A stretch of 64,000 nt of DNA from Eledone cirrhosa (Eukaryota). The position numbers were made by a program, and so were the translations under genes. Where the stretch lies: positions 79,546,001 to 79,610,000 of the forward strand of contig OZ024745.1 of assembly GCA_964016885.1 (NCBI GenBank). Reading direction: 5' to 3'. Below are positions 52,135 through 64,000 of the stretch, piece by piece (position 1 is the stretch's first letter; each line of letters opens with the position of its first letter). Under the pieces are notes generated by a model. The model did no database searches and was not told the DNA's origin. It was given only the letters and a program-made list of their open reading frames with translations.

Positions 52135-52804
52135 ATTAACATTAACTGTGTGGCGGGCCGCCAAATGGATCGTTTCTGCTGTTGACGTCTTAGACTCCTT
52201 AATCTGTCGCCCATGGTAGACTTAATCAACGTTACAGCTTGATGTTTGGATGACTTTAGCGTAGTTCACCCTGCTGTAAACATTCGGGGTAGTAATTCTG
52301 TTTGATGATCATTTCCTCGCTACTTCCCCTCAGTGTTGGAGACCCTAAAAATGACGATTGGTGTTGCTCTTTCTCTTCTCACGAAAGCCGTAAAAAATGT
52401 TGGTGGTTCTGGAGTTGTACATGTCTGGAAACAAACAATTACGTTGTGGAAGAGTCATTTTAGCCATAGTTGTATTTGTCTGGCAAGTAACTTGATCTGA
52501 AGCTGTGTTTTGAAACTAAAGCAATTAACATTAATACCTTGGTAGAATCATACTGAAAAATAAAAATAATAATGTAAATTCACTTTTAAAATATTATTTA
52601 TTTCTTGGTGTTAAATTTTTGTCGCACTATTTGCGAGTTGCATTGGAATTGTCAGTGACCAGGTCGCAGAGAGTACGACGAAAATTTTGATGCCATGAAA
52701 TAAACGATAAATATAGTAAAGTTAACAATTTTTGCGTTTTATGAATAATTAAATGACTGTAATTGCCTGTGTTATATTAGAATAGGCATGGTAGAAACAA
52801 CAGA

Positions 52805-53265
52805 GTTGGGGGACAGATGTGGTGAAGAAAGATGGGGGACAGATGTGGTGAAAGATGGGGACAGATGTGGTGATGGATGGGGGTGGAGGTGGTAACAGAT
52901 GGGGGTGGAGGCGGTGAAAGATGGGGGTGGAGGTAGTGAAAGATGGGGACAGATGTGGTGAAGGATGGGGACAGATGTGGTGAAAGATGGAGTTGGAGGT
53001 GGTGAAGGATAGGGGACAGATGTGGTTAAAGATGGGGTGGAGGTGGTGAAAGATGGGGTGGAGGTGGTGAAAGATGGGGTGGGAGGTGGTGAAAGATGGG
53101 GTGGAGGTGGTGAAAGATGGGGAGAGATGTGGTGAAAGATGGGGGACAGATGTGGTGAAAGATGGGGGACAGGTGTGGTGAAAGATGGGGACAGATGTGG
53201 TGAAGAAAGATGGGGTTGGAGGTGGTGAAAGATGTGGGACAAAGATGAAGAAAGATGGGGGTGGG
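52805..53265. repeat. G-rich minisatellite (~21-24 bp unit GATGGGGACAGATGTGGTGAAA / GATGGGGTGGAGGTGGTGAAA)
   Basis: Direct inspection. Confidence 0.9.
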
Positions 53266-53791
53266 GGTCTGTAGGTACAGAAAGATGTACCTACATGTTT
53301 TTCTGACGATCAAATGGCAGTAAGTAGAGACGCTATCTTAAAAAAGAAAAAAAAAAAAACAGGAAAGAAAGAAAACATTTTGTAATCGAGCCAAAAGTTT
53401 ACTTGCTAGGTGGTTGCTGAATCTATTAGAAATGTCAACAAAATTTCACTCAAATTACATCCATTCGTCTGTAAAAAGTAAAACAGCAAAAAATATGTTG
53501 GAGAATGTAGACTTAGTTACATAGTTTGAAGGAAGATTGAACAGGATCGTCTGTTCAATTAGGGCTGACATAAGGTCAAAAATCAACCTTTGTATTGAAG
53601 AGTACATATACTGGACAACTGGACAACCGGACGTGTTAAAAAACAAAATGTAGAACTAGATGAATGTATATATATACCCGTGACTCCTGATGGAGTCGTA
53701 GGGCCGCCGTAGTGACACACGGCGTTTCTGGGGCATTTTATAACCTAACGGAACCCATCTCCTCCTCAGGTCTGATCACAGCTGATTTCTT

Positions 53792-53843
<52 letters not shown>

Positions 53844-54444
53844 AGAGGAAGAATTGACCCCAGTATTGAACTGGTACTTTATTTATTGACCTCGAAACGT
53901 CGTATGTCAATATGGCTCCCCACGATTCCATCAGGAGTTAAGAATCCATAGATGCAATGTCAAACAACAGCCTTTAAACTGAAGGGGCGAGAAAAGACAA
54001 GACTGGAGCTTTGTGTCTCAGAGATGAAATAAATGCCAATGTAGGCGTCTGAATAATGTGTTCTATGATGTATTATTTGCATTGTAGAGTATAATAGAAC
54101 AAACATGTTCAAATAAGCAACAAAGATTATAATATCGATAAAACTAGCAGATGAAGGACACATAGAAGAGATTAACAGATGATTTTAGTGATTCTAGAAT
54201 TTATCTTTCAGGTAGATGCTTTATTTTATAGTGAGATGGAAAAAACCATTAAATATGTTACCGACATATATCCCAGTTTTAATATAAATCTGATTGTATT
54301 ACAAGTAATAATGTCCTATATAAGATATAACTATTAATATTGTTAAATATATCTTCTCTTATTACAATAATATTCACAGCATTGGTAAATTTTTCAGTTG
54401 TACGTACTTAGCTGTTATTTTTATTATTATTATTATTGTTATTA

Positions 54445-55111
54445 CTCTTTGAGTCTCAGTCATTGATGTTAGTTAACTGGAAAGTTTGTTGAGATGAATA
54501 TCAAGCCACTACCTGCAGCCTCAGATATTCAGGACGTATCGGAGGGTTCTTGCTGTTCCCAGCAAGCATGCCCTTTGAAGCGTTCCAAAAAGCGTGAAGG
54601 GGCCAATTTTCTTTAACCATCCCTGGAAACTTTTTGAGATAGTACCTAGTGCGCCTATGACAATCGGGATCACTTTGAGTTCATGGCAGTTCCAAATCCT
54701 TTTTATCTCCCACTTTAAGTCCTGGTATCGGTTAATTTTCTCCCTCTCCTTCTCTTGCACTCTCGTGTCGAATGGGCAGGCCACATCCACAATCAGGCAC
54801 AATCTTTTTTCCTTGTCCACAACCACCAGGTCAGGTCTATTGTGTTCCAGTTTCTTGTCCGTCTGTATCCTAAAATCCCACAGCACCTTCACCTGATCGT
54901 TTTCTATCACCGACTCTGGCTTATGCTCATACCACTTCTCAGAATGTGGTAAATTGTTTACTTTGCATAGGTGCCAGTGGATCACCCTGCCCATCACATC
55001 ATGTCTCCAGCGCTTATAGTGAGTCTGGGCTAGGTGTTTACACTCGGATACAATGTGAGCCACAGTCTCCTCTCTCTCCCCACAGATCCTGCACAGTGGG
55101 CTAGCCTCCCC

Positions 55112-55112
<1 letters not shown>
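54445..55112 (-). mobile_element. R4/Dong-clade non-LTR retrotransposon 3' fragment inserted in (TAA)n
   Basis: CRICGEREETVAHIVSEC..RHD..WDFRIQTD..RPDLVVVDK..IVDVACP..KINRYQDL..PIVIGALG; (TTA)n on both flanks. Confidence 0.88.
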
Positions 55113-55142
<30 letters not shown>

Positions 55143-55159
55143 GTTGTTGCTCTTTTTTT

Positions 55160-55798
55160 TTGCGTGTTGTTACTGTATTACCGAGCACAGCCATATGTAC
55201 CTCGGATGCATGCAGTGTTATTGTTTCCATTGTACTGAGAGTGCTATCAGCCGAGTCCACCACAAAGAGTGCTCCGCCGCCTTCCTTTAACCGAGAAGGG
55301 CAGGCAGATTTTATCTACCTGGTAGCCATGGTGAAAGATGTCGTGTAGTGGACACGTTTGAAAGGATTGAAGACAAGCACTTTCCTCTTGGGCGAAGCCG
55401 TGATTGGCTTTTTCGTGTTTCACTTGAAGAGGAAATCAAGGTAGAGAGGGAAGTACTGCTTTCCAACCAGTTTCTTGAAAGGTGAGTGAGAGTAGCGAAC
55501 ATGGCCCGAGTAAATGGGCCTTCTCTAAGTGTGCGCCTGTAGATTGGAAGAGGACAACTGGGATGAGGCACTTGACTTAGCGGTCAAGGAGACTGTGGCT
55601 TTCTGTGGGTTTTCTTCGTGTGACCCTCGGAAGACCCCCCCTCCCATTGGAGAATTTTTTTGCTTGAATATTTAATGTTTTTCTTTGTTTTCTTGTTTTT
55701 GTTAAAATCTTTTTACGCGCCCAAACCCACACTGTGCCATCCTGTACCATCCTGCGCTGTCCTTAATATTTTCTTTATGCGTGACAAATAAAAAAAAA
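55160..55798 (+). mobile_element. Probable L1/Tx1-like LINE 3' fragment with AATAAA and A-tail
   Basis: Remnant FIYLVAMVKDVV*WTRLKGL..EIKVEREVL..FLER*V; T-rich 3'UTR ending aataaaaaaaaa. Confidence 0.45.
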
Positions 55799-56510
55799 TG
55801 ATTATAATTATCATTGAGTTCAAACCATGAAAAGGCCAACTTTGCCTATCATCATTTCGGGGTCGCTATAATAAAGTACCTGTCAAGTACTGGGGCCGAT
55901 TTAATCCCCCCACCCATCAATGATTGGCATTGTGCCTATAGTGGAAATAATTATTATAGCTGTTCACATTATATATTTTGATTTCTGTTTGTGAGCATCT
56001 GGTATTTTCTTGTAATTATTTAAATTTAAGTCTAAAGTTTCACATGTTACCGTCATTTCGTATGTGTGAAGATATGGGATATGTACTTAAGTGGATTTGC
56101 GTGAGAATATTTTCTATTATCGTTGCTAAAAACATGCTCCAAACCATTGCCTTTTCTCATCAAATAAACATTTCAAAGAGGTACAATTTATGTTTAGTAT
56201 ATAAATATTGATTATAGTTTGTTAATGTTTTCAGTAAGCCAAAATACACCAATATATTTAGAATAATAATCTTTTATCAGAACACAAAAGACCTTATTTT
56301 GCCGGAGAATATTATGGTATTTTTGTCTTGACACTTTACAAATAAATGTAATTATGTACATAATATATCTTTCAATGTAATTTTTCATTGCCATAGAGGT
56401 TATCAGCTTCATCTAAATACGCCATTCGATAATACAATAAGAAATAAAGAGAAAACTCATTCTTTTCAGAGTTGGTATATTATTATAACATGTAAAAGTA
56501 CATTAGTGAA

Positions 56511-56790
56511 GGGGTGTGGCTTAGTGGTTAGGGTGTTCGGCTCACGATCGTAAGGTCATGAGTTTGATTCCCGGCGGCAAGTTGTGTCCTTGAGCGAGAT
56601 ACTTTATTTCACGTTGCTCCAGTTGGCAAAAATATGTTGTACTAGTAATTCGAAGAACCGGCCTTGTGACATTTTACGTCATACTGAATCTTCCTTTAAG
56701 GGTTTGTGGAATGCTCAAACACTTGCACGTTAATTTCATGAATCACATGGAACACTCGTCGTCGTAACCGACGGAATGTTAGTTAAAAGT
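56511..56790 (+). mobile_element. tRNA-derived SINE (related heads at ~57100-57410 and ~60330-60680 on the minus strand)
   Basis: A box TGGCTTAGTGG, B box GAGTTTGATTCC, then gttgtgtccttgagc..ctttatttcacgttgctccag, shared with the 2973 SINE. Confidence 0.7.
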
Positions 56791-58640
56791 ACGTTATATG
56801 TGAAGACGGTCAATTCAGCAGATTTGTTCCGATAGCCTGAGTTCAAATCCCGCCGAGATCCACGGTCGATAAAGAAAGTACAACCTCTCTCATTCTAGTT
56901 GACATACTCTTTGTGGGTGTATGTGTCTGATCGCGGATGCATGGACATATAAAATACTTAGCAAAGGCATGGAACATACTACCATGTCATATCCCATTGC
57001 GACTGACATTTGTAATTATTTTTTATATGATATATTTTATCAGAATATAATAAATATAATAATCCTTTTAATGCGTGAAACTTTGCGATCAATGACTGGT
57101 GTTAAAAGGTAAAGACCTCCTTTCGGTCACGAATGACCATGGATTTTGCACCTAGAAATTTCCCCTCCGAGGTACAAGCCCAGGTGAGGTGTTTTGTCGA
57201 AGACCAGCTGTCGCCCATGCACACCAGTCTCCCCCTCCATGCCACCGATAATGTCTAAGGGAAAGGCAAAGACCGATACAGCTGAGTGAACTCGAGCAAC
57301 GTGAAAAAAAAAGTCTTTATCAAGGACGCAACACATCGCCTGGTCCAGCAATTGACAAACACAACCTCACAATTATGAATCTAACGCTCTAGCCACTAAG
57401 CCACGCGCCTACACTGTTCTGTGGGTTGTATTGTTGTTTATAGTATTATTTCTATTGTGTAGAATATATAAAAGGTGAGTTAACATTACTTTTGAGCGGT
57501 GATTATATTTCATATGTACTATGTGAGTTGTGCTATGTGTTAAATATCAGGTGGTGGTTGTGAAAAGTACGTGCTTTTGTATTATATATACTGGTTCATA
57601 GATATATATACATATATATATATCTATGAACCAGTAAATCCCGATGGAGTCGTAGGGGCAACATGTAGTCATATGCCATTTCTCGGACACTTTAATACCT
57701 GGCGGAGCCCATCTCCTCGCCAGGTCTGAACACAGCATATTTCTTTCAGAGAAGAGTAGAGAGTGAGAAATGAAATGAGAAAGATTTGACTTCACTACCA
57801 GACAGATACTTTTTTATCGACCTTGAAAGGATGAAAGTTGACCTTGGTGGGATTTGAACTCAGAGTGCCGAAAGCCGGAACGAATACCACTAAGCATTCT
57901 ATCCGACGTTCTAACGACTTAACAAATTCGCCGCCTTTGTGTTGTATATTGAGTGGTAATTGAATGGTGAAGAACGGGATTTGTAGTGTATTGGATGCAT
58001 CGATGTATCGAGTGTCGATTATGTAAGAATGCGTGATGATATATTATTTTAATGGGTGTTGATTACGTAGAGTATGTATTGTGTGAGCTTCTGCTATTTA
58101 ATTCGAGTTTGTCTTGCATATAGAATGGGTTGTGCATAGCAGAGTATTCCCTGGATGGAGAAAATACGAAGGATTGATACAAATGGTGCAAACAAGAATA
58201 TAGGAATTTTCAAAGCTAATAGTATAAAGAATGGAATAATGAAAGACAAAATCGAGAGATAATATTTCTGAAAGGTAAAGCGGATATTAAGTCGGTGGCT
58301 GGACTAAAAAGTCACACTCGTTCAGCGCATCGGTAGGGGTTCTCCTACACGGATATAAAGTAGTGGCCGTACTCGAAAACGAGTTGGCAGCCACCATTTA
58401 TGTATGTATGTATGTATGTATGTATGTATGTATGTATGTATGTATGTATGTATGTATGTATGTATGTATACATTTTTTCCATACTCAGTCTCGTTAGCAA
58501 AGCATTATAACAAATGCTTTCCCAGGGACCACTGCATAAAGGTGAGGTTGGCTCGGTCTCTTAAAATGCTTCATACGAAGAACATCCGCAATATATATAT
58601 ATATGTAAGTGTGTGCGCGCGCGTGTGCGTGTGTTAATGC

Positions 58641-58671
<31 letters not shown>

Positions 58672-58690
58672 TAACAGATTAAAGTTTAAG

Positions 58691-58730
<40 letters not shown>

Positions 58731-58734
58731 ACAG

Positions 58735-58871
58735 GCAAAGGAAACATAACCAAGGCTGCTGAATTCAACACTTTTTACGATCCTGAAGCGAGTCAAGTAG
58801 TCTTGACAGAGTTTCAATGCCAGATCAATTTGTTTCCATGGGAACTGTGTGTCAGCAGTAGGATGCCATGG
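58735..58871 (+). CDS. Nucleoside hydrolase coding exon 4
   Basis: ttttacag|KGNITKAAEFNTFYDPEASQVVLTEFQCQINLFPWELCVSSRMPW|gtaagc, containing the AEFN..DPEA motif. Confidence 0.93.
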
Positions 58872-60697
58872 GTAAGCATGCTTTCTTTGTAATTTCGTAA
58901 TTTAGCGATTATTTTTCAAGATGGAAGAGTGTGATTTTAGGGAAATGCAGCTGTTATTTCTAGCAGATCCTATGACCACATATAGACTCTGTTTTTGTTG
59001 TTGTTTAGTCCCAAACTAGCACTGATCAAGTAGATCTATGACCAAAGACATTCCAGCCCAAACAGTCCAATATTTTACCTATGTCCAAAGAATCATGCAC
59101 CACATTATCCAATTTGTCCTTTTCCAAGACGGTTTGGGGAAGATTTGACTGCTATTTTTAGTAAACCGAACGACCATGCAGCGACTCCCTTTGAGGCTTG
59201 TTTTGTACAATTACTGTTATATGTGATGGAACTTTGATATATTTCATTATTCGTACCTTGTATCCCCTAACACAACACAACATGTTATATCCTGTTTATA
59301 TTTTGATAACAATCTTGCTGTTTTTAAGACATTACTAAATTACGATTTTCCGAAATTCACACAAAATCATATAGGATTATAGAAATACTGAAACAAGTTG
59401 CGCTTATGATATCCCATATGAGGTTAATGCAGTAGGACTATTTTAGTAAGAAGTGTAATCGGATTAAGCACTCCTTAAAGCGAATGTTTACTAATGTATT
59501 CTCTTAATTATTAAGAGAATGTATTAAGACTTAATACATGGCAAGGATAAACTGTAATTTGTAGATGGTGGAGTAATACATACTCTAACCCATTCTACTG
59601 ACATTAGCGTATTTATTGGGGTAAGATTATAGTCGATTGTTCTGACTTCCAGTGTATTACTGGTACTTATTGAAAAGCAATGTAGATACCGATGGGATTT
59701 TATCTTAGAATATAAAGAGACCGTACTAAGTACTGCCAAGAATTTTGGCCTGCCAGTATTGATTCTGCCATTAACCGTTCTTTCTATTAATGATTGATAA
59801 CATAATCTGCTGAATCGATTCTATTAAACGCCTAGTAATTATTTTATAGATACCCAGAAGAAAGGAAAACAAATTTAAAATCAGAGACGAAACTTTATAT
59901 TGTAATTAATTTAGGATGGACTGGGGCTTTGTCCATAGGGAGTTTTGTAATCTCAATCGCTTAACGCCAAAGAAACTGGGATAAACACTGGCATAATGGT
60001 GGATTTAAACTCATGGCGTAAAAAGACATCACTAGATACCGCAAGGTCTAACCTACAGATTCTATCAATTAATGTTTTCCAACATAGACACAACGCCTCA
60101 CATTTTAGAAACGAGTGGTACACAACTTGTACTTTATTTCATCAATCTGAGAAGGATGAAAGAGAAAAACAAAGTTGACAAAATAAAACTCAGAACTACT
60201 AAAAGACATAACGGAACACCGAAAGGTATATATTCTGATGCTCTATCGATTCTGTAATTCACCGACCTCCTTAATTAATATCGATTGACAATTCAGACAT
60301 AAGGCTGCATATGTGTGTGGCAGCGGGGGTAGGAAAGACCAGAGTACTCATTGTATTAACCGCTGAAGGACAGCAAAAAGTTTTTCACCTAGAAAGTTCC
60401 CCTCCTAGGCACAATCCTAGGCAAAGAGTGTTGTGGAAGAGCAGCAGTCACCTATTCATACCAGACTCTCATCTCCATGCCACCGATGTTGTCCAAGGGA
60501 AAGGTAAAAGCCAATATAGCTTGGCACTAGTGATGTCACGATTCATTTTTGAACTGGAGCAACCTGAAATAAGGGTCTTGCTCAAGGACACAACACATCG
60601 CCCAGTCTGAGAATGGAACTCACTCACAGCATCACGATTGTGCACCCAATGCTTTAACCACTAAGCTACGTGCCTTCACTATCATTTGTATAATTAT

Positions 60698-60769
<72 letters not shown>

Positions 60770-60816
60770 CTCTCTCTCGTTCTCTCTCTGTATATATTTA
60801 TGTATATATTCTCTAG

Positions 60817-61140
60817 GATTTCCATGATAAACTGCGTAAGAAACCAGGCAAAAAAGCCATATTAATGAAGACTGTGGAAACCAAACTGCTGGATAAATGG
60901 AAAATGAATGGATCTTATATAATATGTGATGAACTGGCTATGGCAGGAGCTATCGATAAATCAACGATAAAACAATTTAAAGACGTTTCCATTGATGTTG
61001 AACTGCAAGGCAAAATGACGAGAGGACAGCTTGTCATCGATTGGGATAACAAGAGCAAAGGTGCTACCAAAATCCGAGTGGTTACTGAACTGGATATGGA
61101 TCGAGTTAGACAGTTGGTCCTTGATGCTTATAATAGTTAA
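60817..61140 (+). CDS. Nucleoside hydrolase last coding exon
   Basis: ctctag|DFHDKLRK..SYIICDELAMAGAID..DVELQGKMTRGQLVIDW..DAYNS*. The five exons total 948 nt with consistent phases. Confidence 0.93.
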   Translation, partial: DFHDKLRKKPGKKAILMKTVETKLLDKWKMNGSYIICDELAMAGAIDKSTIKQFKDVSIDVELQGKMTRGQLVIDWDNKSKGATKIRVVTELDMDRVRQLVLDAYNS

Positions 61141-61790
61141 AGAATTTTTTTTGAGAGAGAGAATCTCAAAAAAGAAACTATGAATGAGCACGTGCGTTTA
61201 GAAGATGATGGCGAGTGAAATTTGAAAGTTGAATTCGAAGCTTTAATAACAGGGCTTATAAGCCGCACCCCTTTTTGTGGGTGAGCGGGTTGGTGTCAAT
61301 GGTTTTTACACTTGTCCGGCAAACAAGAGGGTGTTTCGACCCCTATGTAGGTTCGATTCCCATTTTATTCTGTTCTGGCAGTGTGTACAGCCTGTTATTA
61401 GACTATTTTCAAAAGAAACTACGAATGTTTCAACACAAGAAAATCCAGTGAATATCAATAAAATGAATTGAAATTGTTTTCATTTTGTTTGTTGTTTTTA
61501 TTTCGCCATCAAATCAGAGTTGATCGAACAAATTTATGAACAGAAGTGACTGTTCATCTTGGATTTTATTCAGGCATAGTGTATCTGGAAAACGCCATTG
61601 GTATATATATAAATATGTAAAAGGTAAACAGAAATAACAACACAATCGGTACAGAATATGGAAGGAATATATTAGGTTAACGCTTGAAATATCAGGAAGA
61701 GGGTCTTAACGTTTCGGACGCTAGTCCACCAGAAGAAAGAATGAGAAATAAGATTGATTGAGGGGACGGGTGGGTGGGAATTGGAAAAAA

Positions 61791-61841
<51 letters not shown>

Positions 61842-61960
61842 TAGTATATCTACCAACATATGTATACAGATGCATACCCATGCTAGCAAATATATATGTT
61901 TTGTCTTAGTAACTTTGTGGTTCTATGCAAGAGGATGCCTGGAAGCTTAGCGGAGAATAG

Positions 61961-62041
61961 ACTCCCTGATGACGTAAGGCTTCTCTATGGATACGCTCCG
62001 TAACCATATTTATCCCCTTACAGAAACTAATTAGTTGGAGT
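61961..62041 (+). ncRNA. Type I hammerhead ribozyme, canonical core
   Basis: Stem I ACTCC/GGAGT, CTGATGA (61966-61972), stem II GTAAGG/CCTTAC, GAAA (62023-62026), palindromic CTAATTAG, GUU site after 62036. Confidence 0.78.
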
Positions 62042-62096
62042 GAAATTTTAGTAAGTAAGTCAATTTTCATAACTTTCTTATTTACGTCTTTCATAT

Positions 62097-62150
<54 letters not shown>

Positions 62151-62480
62151 CTGATGGTAGCTAAGATGCTTCCATAGGCGGTATGCTGGTTGAGCACTCT
62201 ATCCTCTTACAAAGCAGAGTATGATAGAATAGAAAACGAAAAATCAGTGATGCTTCTGAACTCAATTTATTGTGTTACAATTGTTTCGCCGGCGGACAGC
62301 TCGAGACGCGATCATTGTGTGGAATATGCTCCGAAATCATTAGAGGTGTCCGTCGAACCTGCGGGTCCAGAATCAGACAGATCCACATAATGATCGCGTC
62401 TCGAGCTGTCCATCGGCGAAACAATTGTAACACACAATCAACTGAGTTCAGATGCATCACTGATTTTTCGTTTTCTATTC

Positions 62481-62576
<96 letters not shown>

Positions 62577-62704
62577 TGTAGTATAAGTGATTCAGTGAAT
62601 TACTGGTGGTGGTATCAAAACACTCGATGCATAGGCAGAGTGTATATATTAATAAGAACGATGAAATTTCGTTTACATGTAATTAGATTTTTATTGTGTA
62701 TCAA

Positions 62705-62794
62705 CCTATTACGCGCGTTTCGCAGAGTATTGGCTCAGGGTCACCCGTAGAAGTTATGGATCCGATTCCATTAGCAATCTGCTCTTCAGACAGG
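62705..62794 (-). ncRNA. Type I hammerhead ribozyme, canonical core
   Basis: Stem I CCUGU/AUAGG, CUGAAGA, stem II GCAGA/UCUGC with a large insert, GAAA, palindromic CGCGCG, GUA site. Confidence 0.82.
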
Positions 62795-63132
62795 CGACGC
62801 AGCAAAAAAATATAGTGTTTGTTGTGATTTGTGAGATGATGGGTGTATATATAAGCATCGGCCCTATTTTCTTTTTATATGTGGGCGTAGTGGATGTTGG
62901 AATGCAATAAATAGGGCAACTTTGTGCGTATATATACACGTATATTTATGTATGTGTGTGTGTGTGTGTCACGCTACGATGATCCAGTATAAGGTCAACG
63001 CATCTGTAGTGACAATTCTCATTTGACGACTACGGCCACCAAGTAAATAAAAAAAAAAATTGATGAATGAGAATGAAACATGTAAATCAATTAGATAATG
63101 TATCAATTATTGAACCTTGGTGATCTAATTTT

Positions 63133-63208
<76 letters not shown>

Positions 63209-63213
<5 letters not shown>

Positions 63214-63922
63214 TAAAATAACAGATTAAAGTTTAAGCAAAGAATCGCTGCTTTCACCCTTAACGGGATCTTCTGAAACTAACAAAGTCAATCTGTAAAC
63301 GCAGAACTGGATATTTCAAAAAACGTTGCAACCGGAGGAAGACAGGAAGACGATACTTTGGTTCGTGGTAACGTTCGCTGGCAAAGAACGGGAAAAAACG
63401 AATAATACGTCATTAATAGGAGCGGTGAAAAACAATTACGCGCAAAGACAGAACCACATTTATGGTATAAAAGAGGTCGTAGACTAATGTTCTCTTAGGT
63501 GGTGCATAGAGATGTTCTCTGGCAATGAACGAAAAAACGAAGATAATACGTCATATGTGGAGCGTGGAGAACAATAGCACGCAAAGACAAAACCACGTAA
63601 ATGGTATAGCAGAAGTCGTAGACTAAAATTCTAACTAGAAGACCAAATGAATCTCCGCTACAGAGTTAAGAACAAGTAAATAAATACAATACAGAAGTAA
63701 TAGAAATAAATAAATACATACACGCAAACAAATACGTACATACACAAGCATACGCAAAACCTTACCATAGGTATACAAAACCACGCACATATAAATATGT
63801 GTGTGTGTGTATGCGTGTATACAAATAAATAAATAATTATATAAACGTATATAAATAAATAAATACGTATATAACAAGCGAACACACATACCTACATATA
63901 AATACACGAATGTTCGGAGACA

Positions 63923-63940
<18 letters not shown>
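63209..63940 (-). mobile_element. Probable PLE 3' end/pLTR next to (TA)n with ~140 bp internal tandem repeats (other copies 31899-32028, 58665-58693)
   Basis: Shared terminus tttattaaaataacagattaaagtttaagc; hammerhead-like motif at 63230-63280; repeats at ~63372-63630. Confidence 0.55.

Positions 63941-64000
<60 letters not shown>

Noticed and set aside
52805-53265. CRISPR-like array or Pro/His-rich protein
   Set aside because: Eukaryotic minisatellite with no unique spacers.
62141-62435. One giant hammerhead joining gtgtgt-CTGATGG with GAAACAATTGTA-acacac
   Set aside because: The pairing relies on microsatellite sequence, the core is imperfect, and the long stem is an inversion product.

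Overview
AT-rich, microsatellite-dense metazoan genomic DNA; the repeat content suggests an octopod cephalopod (inference). There are two host genes, both on the + strand. One is the last four coding exons of RMND5 (CTLH/GID RING E3 ligase, 1096-12764). The other is a complete five-exon IUNH-family nucleoside hydrolase (42526-61140, 315 aa by my splicing). The rest is mostly mobile elements: a near full-length RTE LINE with a PHD-like finger inside the RT, tRNA-derived SINEs, an Hsmar2-like mariner, a Chapaev-like transposase remnant, non-autonomous Helitrons, a Neptune-type Penelope-like element (PLE), a non-coding LTR element with a tRNA-Trp PBS, a nearly intact Gypsy, and CRE, Dong/R4 and Tx1-like fragments. 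Two unannotated signals stand out. First, about ten sequence-unrelated type I hammerhead ribozyme motifs sit in (TA)n-embedded PLE terminal repeats and fold-backs, several with non-canonical catalytic cores. Second, the Gypsy primer-binding site matches the 5'-terminal 12 nt of tRNA-Phe rather than a tRNA 3' end. All family assignments come from recalled motifs; no searches were run.
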